Assembly: GCA_043228905.1 (NCBI GenBank)
Contig: JBHGNT010000005.1
Span: 19,096,001 to 19,160,000, forward strand
Length of the DNA stretch: 64,000 nt
Source: Azolla caroliniana
Lineage: Eukaryota > Plantae > Polypodiophyta
Direction of reading: 5' to 3'
Every line of letters begins with the position of its first letter. Position 1 is the first letter of the stretch. The notes under the pieces are model-generated. The model had not been told where the DNA came from. It ran no database searches and saw only the letters and a program-made list of their open reading frames with translations. Shown in pieces: positions 25,001 through 37,000 of the stretch. The translations under genes and the position numbers were made by a program.

Positions 25001-28000
25001 AGAATAACCAAGCTTTTAAATTTTTTGAGTTTTTTGGGGAAGTTGTTATGGTACAACCTGTACAACCATTCAGGAAGAATGAATCAATAATTGGTTCAAG
25101 AGTAAAGTGTGATTAACATTTCTCATGGTTTTACTCTATTTGGTTATTAGTGGTAGGATCTAATGTTTGAGTTTTCACAGGTCATAGATGAAGAAACAGC
25201 TGCAGCAAATAAAGTTCGTGAAGTTGTTTTAGTGGAGGAGGCAGCAGCATCTGTGAAGGCAGAAGCTGCAAAGTCCATCAAAGAGGAGACTGAAGCAGAA
25301 CTGGAGGAAGCTTTGCCCATGTTGTTGGCAGCTTTAAAGGTTTTGGCCTCTCTACAGAGACTTATTTAAGTTTGTTTTGTACTTCTAATTTTCAGATTCT
25401 CTTAAAACAATCTGGCCTCAATGTAAAATACTAGGCCCTAGATACTCTCACCAAAGCAGACATATCAGAGCTTAAAGGAATGAAGAGTCCACCTGGACCA
25501 GTCAAATTAGTTATTGAAGCTGTATGCATAATGAAGGGCATTAAGCCTACACGTATGAAGGATCCATCAGGGAGTGGGAAGGTACCATGACTTTGGAAGT
25601 TCAATCAGATTAAATTAGTAATCAGCCAATGTATCATATAGATATCTATAATTTCATGTCACTCATATTATTGCTATTAATATTAGATGGTAGATGATTA
25701 TTGGGAAAGCAGCAAAAAGATGTTGGCTGATGCAGAATTCCTGAAGAGTCTTCGCGAATTCGATAAGGACAATATACCAGCAGCCACCATTCAAAAAATC
25801 AAACCGTATTGTCTTGGTTCTTGTCCTTTAATGTCACTTGATTGTCTCATAATTTTAGGTTATATCTCTTTATTATCTTTAGTTCTAGAGACCTCATTTT
25901 ATTTAGAAAGAAAGAACGATCTACAAGACCTAACAAATATTTCGATTGTTTATGTTGACGAAAAAATAATTGGTTTTAAATCTCGCTTCTTGAATCCTAT
26001 CTTGCATATATTTAGTCATGAACAGCCAAACAAATCAGGTTTGGTTCCTGATCAACAGAACTCTAATTGTTACCCTCTGAAGAAAGAAAGATATATTAAC
26101 GTCTTTTAAGAGGCCAAAATGGCCTATAAGACCAAACAAGAGATTACATCTTAAGTGTTGTCTCGTCTTAGAGAACAACAAATCAAAATAAAATAAGTAT
26201 TACTCAGTAAATATAAAATTAAATAAGATAAAAAGAGACGAGAAAATCTGGTTTTCGGCACATGTGAGATTCTCAAGTTAGATATGTTGTAACTTTTGTC
26301 TTCGAAAGATCACTAGCATAGGCCGATCCAAAATGGAGAGGTCTCCGAAGCAAGTGAAGCACCCGCGATGGCGGGACATAATGGCTTTTATCTGTCGATG
26401 ACAAGGATGCTGAGGTCGTGGTCCATGGGGCCGGGGCCTACGTGCACGACAAATTGCTATTGCTCGATCAATTGTAACCCGTTCATTATGTCTTGGTCAG
26501 GAGCCCATTTGTATATCCCTTGATTGACTTGTAGCATTAGGAGTGATGGGGTTAAAGAAAGTTGTGATTATTCTTTGTGGATGAGCTTGTATGGTTGTAT
26601 TCTTTAACAACTTTTCCCGATGTCTCTTGAGCTCTAGCAAGAAAAGTCCTAGGCACCGTTGGTCCTCATATTCCATTACCTTGCATAGCGGGCCAAAGCC
26701 TTGTTTAAAGAGGTAATGGTATCTCCCTCTGATTTCATAAAAGACACTACAGTGACAAACATACTGTTCTTCGGATTCCACTCCTTAATGACACAATTGG
26801 CAAATTCTTTCTTCTAGAGGTATTCGTGTATATCTGCTTACCTCAATCTGTAATTGATGTGATGAAGTTCGCAACTACCCTATCACACTGCACAATGCAT
26901 AGGATAGATATATGTCCATATAAGGTGGCCTGATGATGAATCCATCCTCCAATGTGTGTAAGAAATGTGTCTTATGGTGGGCCATCTTCTTACCAAGTGA
27001 TATTTTGGGGCTGATCCATGTTATCTTGTTTTCCAATAATATTAGTTTGGATCACTCTATTCTTTTCCACTTTGGTCATATTTAGATGGGCACAGTTCAA
27101 GCTATATTGGAATGGGGGTAGTGCATCTATACTCATGCCATGTGACTCGAACCATTGCGGCATTTCAGCATACCAACAATGAATGTCTCTATTTTTAGCC
27201 AGTTGTCTTGACGACATAAGTGCCAACCTTGGGTACCTTCGTTTAGGGAGCTCCCAAAGACGTTGGATAAATGTCATTGATTGGATAAAGAAAGATACAT
27301 TAACGTCTTTTAAGATGTCAAAATGGCCGATAAGACCAAACAAGAGATTACATCGCAAGTGTTGCCTCTCATTTCTTGATTTACAGAGTAATATTATCTT
27401 ATTTTGATTTGTTGTTCTCAAAGACGAGACAACACTTAAGATGTAATCTCTGGTCTTATAGGCCATTTTGGCCTCTTAAAAGACGTTAATATATCTTTCT
27501 TTCTTTGAGAACAAATCTAAATAAATAAATAGTACTAAGTAAAAAAAGTAAATAAGATAAATAGAGACTAAAGAATCTATTGCATAGGTAGATCCAAAAT
27601 GGAGGGTATCCAAAGTGAGGGAAGCACCTGCAATAGCAGGAGTTAAAGCCTTTATCTGTCAATGAAAAGGGTGGTGAGGTCGTGGTTCATGAGGCCAGGG
27701 CCTATGTGCATGACAAATTCCTATTGCCTGATCTATTGTAAACCCTTTGTTATGTCCTTGCTGGGAGCCCATTTGTCTAGTACTTAATTGACTTGTTGCA
27801 TGAGAAGTGATGGGGCTAAAGAAAGTTCTGATTGTTCTTTGATGAGCGTGTGTGGCTGTATTGTTGTCCTTCAACAACATCTTCTTATGTCTCTTGAGTT
27901 CTAACAAGAAAAGTCCCAAACACCATTGATCCTCATATTCCATTACTTTGCATACTGAGCTAAATCCTGTTTAAAGAGGCAATGGTATGTCCCTCTTATT

Positions 28001-31000
28001 TAATAAAAAACACTACAGTGACAAACATAGTGTTCTTCATATTCAACTCTCTAATGACACAATGGCAAATTCTTTCTGCTAGAGGTATTCGTGCATATCT
28101 GCCTACCTCAATTTCTAACTGATTTGATGAAGTTTGCAGCTGTCCAATGACAGTGTTCAGCACATAGGATAGATGTATGTATATATAAGTTGGCGTGATG
28201 ATGAATCCATCCTCCAACGTGTGTAAAGAGTGAGTCTTCTAGTAGGCCATCATCATACCAAGTGATATTTTGGGGCTGATCTATGTTATCTTGTTTTCCA
28301 AGTTAATAATATCATTTCGAATTGTTCTATTCTTTTCCACTTTGTTCATGTTTAGATGGGGAGAGTCCAAGCTATATTGGAACGGGGATGGTTCATTTAT
28401 GCTTATGCCGTGTGACTTGAACCATTGCTGAAAATAGATTTGGTCTTCAGCATGAGAATGTGTTTCTGCAAGATGTAGGAATAACAATGTGTATTGCAAA
28501 TGCACATCTGGGATGGGCGTATCACAGGGATTTTTGTTGAGTTCCTAGGGGTTTATCTATCAGCATGCTTGGGCTTCCATATATTTGATGTCATTGGAGA
28601 TTGATAGCTATTGATCATTAGGAGAAGGCTCGTATACCAATCATAAGTAGGAATATAATTGGAAGCAGAATTGTCATGTAATTGGTTATTTTCTTTGAAA
28701 GGAAGATTTCCATGAATATATTGCTAATCACAATTATTCAATTACCATGTGGAGAATTTTCTATCGAATACCTCATAGATGGATGTTCTAAGCAGTGATT
28801 ATGAGTATACCTGTTTTTAAAGTTCGTTCATTAATTCCATGCTTTCCTTTTTCAGGTATCTTGCAAACCCTGAGATGGAACCAACTAAGATACTCTCTGT
28901 TTCTAAGGCAGCTTATGGTCTGTGTTCTTGGATTATTGCAATGGAAGCATATGACAGAGTAGCAAAGGTTGTAGCCCCAAAGAAAGAGGCCCTCAGGATA
29001 GCAGAAGCAGAATATAATGAAGTCATGGAAGCCCTTTTAATCAAGCAAGCTGCTCTCAAAAAGGTGAGCGTTTAGGTCTATTTTGTCTCAATTTTGGCCT
29101 CCTATCTTGATCATACCTCATCCTTTGTCCATAGAACTTACCATACACTGCATTTCAGGTTGAAGACAGACTTGCAGAGCTTAGCAATCAACTGTATGAA
29201 GCACAAGATAAAAAGAAGGCTGTTCAGGATGAAGCTGATTTATGTGAGAAGAAGATTGACCGTGCAAACCAGCTCATGTCTGGTCTTGGTGGTGAAAGGG
29301 CAAGGTGGACATTACAAGCTGAGGCTTTTGGAAAGCTTTATGTTAAATTGACTGGAGATATCTTACTTGGTGCAGGAGCTATTACCTACTTAGGAGTCTT
29401 TACTCCCAGTTTTCGCGACCAATGCCTCAAAGTAAGTAGCATTCTTCATCTCATATATGGCATGTTTTGACCTTAAAATACCACCAATCACCATATGACT
29501 GGACTTTTTTGAAGTTGATGACTAAATAGTTAAGATAATATTTAAGGCCAATTCTTTGAGCATAAATCTAATGCGAAATTTTTATTGAAATTTTTAACAA
29601 TCTTGTGAGAGACATAGAAAGAAAGAATGTATATGGTAACGTCTTTTGAGAGGCCAGATGGCCTATGAGATCAAATGTGAGATTATGTGTTAAACTGTTG
29701 TCCCATCTTTCAGAACAACCAAAATATATAAATAAAGGTACTAAAGAGTCTAATTAGCAATGCAATTATGATTGTGACCTTATATAGACTGAAACTGTTC
29801 GAAATATTGAGATAGATTAGATAGGCATACAGAGTGACAATCACATAGATGTATATCTGAAAACAAACTTTCTACTACATGTGAGAGTAGCTCCCAATGA
29901 TAGTCCACCCATGCGCTCACACCTTAAAGCTTAGATGGAATTTGGACTAGTTGACAACAAAATTAGTGGGGACTGATAATAGTCACAGACACATTTTAAG
30001 AGGCCAAAATGGCCTACAGGACCAAACAAGATATTACACCTTAAGTTTTGTCTCTGTTTGGTCTCAATGTCACATTAAATGTGCAAGTCAGTTGATAGTA
30101 GTGGGGATATTCCTTTTCTGTCAACTGACTTGTGATTTAACATGACCCAGCTCCCTAGATACAAACTAGTGCTAGATGGTACTTATCTTAAAGTCAATGG
30201 CACATACTTCAAGACTTAGTACATCTTAACTTGCTCACAGAATATTCTTCTAGTCGACTTGACTAGTCAATTCTATTATCCTACTTTCCCTCTTTCCTAA
30301 ATACTATGTCCTAATCATCGATGGTTTCCTACATTGACACCTTATCAACCCATATGGTCGGGTTGGGCAATAGCTATTCCCATTGTGCACATGTATTCTT
30401 GAGCCATGTTCTTTCTAAGTTCCAAACATTAAGTGCTTATTTGTTTCATGTGATTGGAACCATTCCTGCACTTCATACCAATAATGATTATCTCCATGTT
30501 CAACCAGTTGTTTTGGTGACATAGGTGTTAGTTTTGAGTACCTTTGCTTTGGGGCTAGCAAAATCCATTGAATATTGGTCACTGATCAGAATCATGATAA
30601 ACCTATGGTTGCTTGGTATCATGAGATCTCTGTTCTTGAAGATCTGTACAATGATATGCTTTATTCTGGTAGTAGGGGAACCTTCACACATAATTCTATA
30701 AAAGATGTGTGCAAGTAGCAGGGCCAAGGTGTTACAGCATAGATAAAGTGTTGACAACCAATACATCATGATCTTGGACATTGTGACCAATGTCATTTTT
30801 CATCTTTTATGCAGTAAGAAAGAAAGAGATATTAGCCACCCTTAAGTGGCCAAATAGGCCTATGAGACCAAATGAGAGATTGTATCTTAAAATGTGGTAC
30901 CTACAGGATCCGCTATAAGGCCCATTTTTACACTTACCATGTGATGGATGTATCCTAAGGCCCACTTAAATGGATACAGATGACATCTGCTGGGGAAAAA

Positions 31001-34000
31001 GATAGGTAGATGTAGGGTTTAACCCTAGAGCAAAGGATATGTTAATAATACCAGACAACTGAGTCTCTAGAGCACTAGATATGCTGCTGCACAGTTTAAT
31101 GAGATTCGAGGAAACATGCACTCCCACATTAGGGAGGGAAGTGGACCCATCTACCTAGTCATGGAATTCTATGAGCAGAGAGGTTTGGTGTAGTGTTTAC
31201 TAGAGATCCATGGATTTATATTATATAGTCTCACCAAAGGACCAGTGGAGCCTGACAATCAGCTTCTAAGCTAATATTTCATACTCTGCAGAATTGGTTT
31301 TCGCATTTAAAGGAGAAGTGTTTACCTTGTTCTGCTGAGTTTGAACTGAGTGCTGTATTAGCAAACCCAGTCAGTATTCGAGCATGGAATATTTTTGGTT
31401 TACCAAGAGATCAGAGTTCAGTAGACAATGGAGTTATGATATCAACAGCACGGCGATGGCCACTTATGATAGACCCACAGGTATTACATCAGAATTCATT
31501 TCCCTTCCTCTCATGTTGATGCAGGGCTACACACATTATTATTTCTTAGTTAATTGCTTGGATTAACATATATACTAGTCAAGTCTGCTCTGTAATGCAT
31601 TGAAGTCACTAACTGAATAATACTGATCTAATTTGGATCTTATATCAAATGGTTGTCAATGTTAACAAGGATACTCGAATTTGGCTTTACAGGGTCAAGC
31701 AAATAAATGGATCAAGAATATGGAAGCCAGCAATGGTCTTCTTGTCACGAAACTCATTGATTCGGACTTCCTAAGGAAACTTGAGATTGGCATCCAGGTT
31801 CTGTTCTTGTTTCTATTTCTTTTATTTAAACTCTTAAAGACTAATTATCTTTACTTGATACATTTTTGCAAGTTTGTGCTGTGTGACATCTTTGTCAAAA
31901 TGCACAAAGATTTTGCAACACTATCTTTTATACAAAAAAACAAATGCAGTAACATAGCTGTTGTCATTGGTGCTGACAACCTTAATTAATGATAATGAAT
32001 GAACTTAAAATAATGCGGCCCTAAAAATAGATAAGCTATTATTGTATATGAACATTATACAGCAATATAGGTGTGGCATTGACAAACTTAAGCCAACTTG
32101 ATTATAAGATCAATCTCAATTTAAGTGGAAACAGACACAGAGACAATAATAATAAGTGCAGAAATAACTCTGTATCTTGTATAAATGGATAACTGACAGT
32201 AGAAGGTGATAATAAAAATGAATTACTATACATTAAGCAACCTGATTATGATATTGCATGAAAGGTGGTACATCTCACCTAAAAAGTTACGACATGTGTA
32301 TATTGCTTCTCTTATCTCAATTAAACTGCAATGTATTCTATCTCCCTGATAAAGTTTGTGATATTAATTTAATTGTTGTCTACTGATAAAAGATGTGTCA
32401 GTTACATGTATGAGTATTAAATGGTGTAGAACACATTGTGAATTGCAATGCATTAAGAAATTCATCCCCTGATTGTACTGAAAGACATGGTCTGGAATTC
32501 TGTTTATGAAGGAATAGTGACCTAACCATCTGATAGCGCCCATGTGTCTCAACACTAACCTATGCAACATTGAAACTTATTGCTGATGTATGTTATAGGC
32601 AACGTACATAACATTTCTTGACCCGCCTGTGTGCCGGCCGGTGAGCAGGTAACCGTGTATGCACCCATGCTCACATGTGTATGTGAGTGTGTGGGGATGC
32701 ATCTGCGCATGTTCTGCTATGACCAATGAGAATGGATCCTGAGCCAAACTCCCCTCCTGAACCAGACATGTAACTCATTGAGCAAACCAGAATAACCTTC
32801 TGAAGTCAATGTCCTGGAGATTGATCTAGTCCTGATATTTGTAACTGCTTGTTATGCATCTTCTAAGCATATTTTCAAGCCTTCGGTACTCTGCCTACGT
32901 GTAGCCATTCATCAAACCAACCACTATAAAGACCTCAATCTATGTCTGTGGAAAGGAACTTCGAGATAAAGAGAGAATGAGAGGGAGGAATTATAGTGGA
33001 GTATTCATTAAGGTAACCAAGTTCATAAAAATCAAAATATCTTCAGAAACCTCTTCTGAAGAAGCACATTCTCATAAAGAAAACAGAATATATAGTGAGA
33101 TCCATTTTTCAAGAAATATGGCTGTAAATGAGAGAAAAACATTTGACTATTATGCATCACATATATGCAAAGAACTTATTCACCAATTGACTAATGTGAA
33201 TGTGAGTGTGTTGAAATCCAGTAAACAGCCAATCCTAAATTGTTATTTTTTCCAACTTTTTTTGTAGTTGGTATTATTCCCATTGACGGTAGGGTATAAT
33301 GAGCTGTCAAGGTAGGTTGCAATATCCAATAACTCATCCTTAAGAAATGCAGCTCCCAAGTTTAAGTTGAGTGATATTTATTACATGTGATTGAAATCTC
33401 TCAAATCCTTTTAATATCGATCACTGATTGTAATAGTGCCACAGTCTCTATTGGGACTGCTTCCTGTGCACCCATATTATATTATGAAGTGCCAGTGTTT
33501 TTCACCTTATTATATTGGTGATCATTGAGACAGAAGATCTTTCCAATTCTATTCTATCCCATAGATTTCATGCTACAAATGTATGAAACCATCACAATCT
33601 TTAGAATTCTATATGTGTGCATTGTCTATAAAGGGCACCAAGGGCTGCATATCCACAAAAACATTGCGTATAGACAGCCTTCTGTCGGGAGAACCAACAC
33701 CCTGTAAATGATATGCATAGTCATGTGTAGGATTGTATGTATATGCCAACCCTTCTATCCCTGAGAGATAAATGGTAAATATATATTAAAGCATATTTTC
33801 CATCACAAATATCATGAATGGGCGATACCTATTTTCATAGGCATGAAATATAAAATGATGTAGATATCATTATATAACTACTGTACTAAGGGCAAGCAGA
33901 TGTTCATTGAATTGTTTGGGCTAGTGATATTTTTTAACAGGGTTATTAATATTGATGATGTTGTTTCCGTCTTGCAGTTTGGTTCTGATTGCTGACTGAC

Positions 34001-37000
34001 TTTCACTATGTGCAGTTTGGGAAACCAGTTCTCTTGGAGAATGTTGGAACTGAACTTGATCCATCACTCGATCCTATATTACTGCAACAAACATTTAAGC
34101 AAAGTGGAACACTATGTATACGATTAGGTGACAGTGTGCTGGAATATTCTCCGCACTTCCGACTCTATATAACCACCAAGCTGAGAAATCCTCATTACAG
34201 CCCTGAGCTTTCCGCCAAAGTCAATTTAATCAATTTTATGATCACTTTAGAAGGTCTGTTTGACCAGCTTTTGGGAATCTCCGTTGCAATAGAAAGACCT
34301 GATCTGGAGGAACAGAAAAATCAACTTATAGTTCAAGGTGCCAACAATCAGAGACAATTGAAGGAGATTGAAGATAAAACACTAGCTGTTCTATCACAGG
34401 AAGGAAATATTCTGGAGGATGAGACTGGAATACAGGTCAGCGTTTCACAAATCTACTAATTTGGTCATAGAAAAAATCAATAGATACTTCAAAGAGGACG
34501 TTCTGTTTTTACAGGTCCTTTCACAATCCAAACTTCTTGCTGAAGACATTTCTAGAAAGCAAAAGATTGCAGAAGATACTGGAGTAAGAATTGATGAGGC
34601 GAGGAACGGTTATAAGCCAGCTGCCAGACATGCAGCAAATCTCTTCTTTTGTGTATCAGGTAATTATAACTAAAAATATCAATGATAACATATTTGTTTT
34701 ATGATTTTTGTTTAGAGTTTCAACTCTGCTTATCAAGTTACAAATACAGCCATTTTTATCATGTCTGTGCAACTATATATTTTACAGATATGGCAAATAT
34801 TGAACCAATGTATCAGTACTCATTGCCATGGTTTATAAACTTGTTTGGAAACTCAATTGAGAAGAGTGAAAAGTCTATTGATCTTGATGTCCGTATCAAG
34901 AGTCTTAATGATTATTTTACCTACTCATTATTCTGTAATGTGTCTCAATCACTTTTTGAGAAAGACAAGATTCTCTTTGCTTTTGCAATGTCACTAAAAA
35001 TACAAGTGGACAAGGGCGAAATCAACTTGGAAGAGGTGAGGGTATATAATTATTAAGAAAGCATTCTTGTTCAAGCCATGGTGTAATTTATTTTTATGCT
35101 GTATCTGGTGCTATAATTTCAGCTCAGCTTTTTTATCACTGGGGGGGTAGCTCTTGAAAAGCAACCAGCAAAACCCCCACAAAAAGATTTGGGTTGGCTG
35201 ACTGAAAAATCTTGGAATGAACTATATCGTCTCTCAAAGGTTTGTGATTTAGATACATTGATTATAGCTGTTCATGTGAAGTTATATACAACAGCATCAA
35301 TATCCAAGAACATGTCATTAGTCAATCTTCCAAAATAACTGTGGGAAATGTTTGATAACAGCTGAAAAACTTCCACGGACTGGATGAAAGCATTCAAAAG
35401 CAACCAAAAGATTGGTGTGTGATATTTGACAGTCAAGAGCCACATGTAAGAAAAAAATTCAGAGCTGTAGTATTTTTTCCTGTACTACACTACTCAAATC
35501 TTATGATAATTCTGTTTGGCAGCTGGAGAAACTTCCAATGCCATGGAATTTTGATCTTGATAAATTTCAGAAAATGTTGATACTCCGGTGTTTGAGATCA
35601 GACAAGGTATGTTTCTAGAGCAAAGCTGTAATGCATCTACGTGTCTTTTTAATCTCAAAATACATTGAGAATCTGACCATAAATTAGCTCATTACTAATT
35701 ATGTTCTTCTGGTTTAATGAAGCTTATCTTAGCAATTGTAGACTACATTTCTGGGACATTGGGACAAGAATTCACTGAACCTTCCCTCTTAAACTTGGAA
35801 GCTTGCTACAATGACTCGTCTCCTACGTCCCCACTGGTCTTCATACTTTCTCCAGGTTCAGACCCAATGTCAATCTTAATCAAGCTTGCTGGAGATCATG
35901 AGATAAAACTACAGACTGTCTCCCTTGGTCAAGGTCAAGGTCCAGTTGCCATATCAGCAATGACTGAAGCTGCCAGAGAAGGATATTGGGTCTCTTTACA
36001 AAACTGTCATCTAGCACCTTCTTGGATGCCTACTTTAGAAAGATATTGGGAAAGTGAACTTACCGCAGAAAAAACAAACCCAAATTTCAGGCTTTGGCTA
36101 ACAAGCTACCCCTCAGATGCATTTCCAATATCAATTCTCCAGAATGCCGTCAAAATGACCAATGAACCACCAAATGGCTTGAAAGCCAACATAGCTGGGA
36201 GCTACCACATGTATCCAATCTCAGATCAGGATTTTTTCAACGAATGTTCCAAAGGAAAAGAATGGAAACGCATGTTGTATGCGTTATGTTTTTTCCATGC
36301 AGTTGTTCAGGTACTAACCTGATGCTCTTGTAACAAGTGTGTAAATGGTGCCACCTACTTCGTGCAACAAATATTTCTTGTATTCATATTAAAGGCGAGA
36401 TTTTTGAGATTTTTGTAGGAACGAAGGAAGTTTGGACCATTAGGCTGGAATATACCTTACGAGTTTAATGAATCTGATTTGAGAATCAGCGCCAGACAAT
36501 TGAAGATGTTTATTGAGGAGTATCCAGATAAGGTATGTCTCCTTCTCCATTAGGTGAGAAATTGTACCAGATAGGTGTAATGTCGTTGGTCTCATATGTC
36601 ATTTTGTTCTTTCAAAGACATTAATATAACATTACATTCCACTTCTGTCTCTTTCGCTTTCATAAGGCTTTGTATTATCTGTACAATACAAAAAAAAAAG
36701 ATAAGATTCAAACTACAAAGAACCGTCACATGACCATTGCTGAAAAGGGAAACAAAGAATGAACAAATGATAGCAAACAACTATAAACTAATAAGAACTT
36801 TCGTGGTTTTCATATCACTTCCATAATGAGTGCCCCAGAAATAATGTCAGCCCAGACTCCATGAAACAATTAGTTGACATTTTGGTTTTTCATGCTCATG
36901 CAGATTCCCTATAAAGCACTCAATTATTTGACTGCTGAATGCAACTATGGTGGCAGAGTGACAGATGATCATGATAGGACGACACTAAAAACCATCCTCG

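Noticed and set aside
27287-27506. Inverted tails as a MITE or twin-priming product
   Set aside because: The sequence after 27506 (GAGAACAAAT...) continues the - strand copy, so a + tail inserted into a - tail is the simpler explanation.
32580-32945. Stops repaired by organellar U-to-C editing (NUMT/NUPT)
   Set aside because: The segment has spliceosomal-type signals and no recognisable organellar gene; C>T decay explains TAG/TGA more simply.
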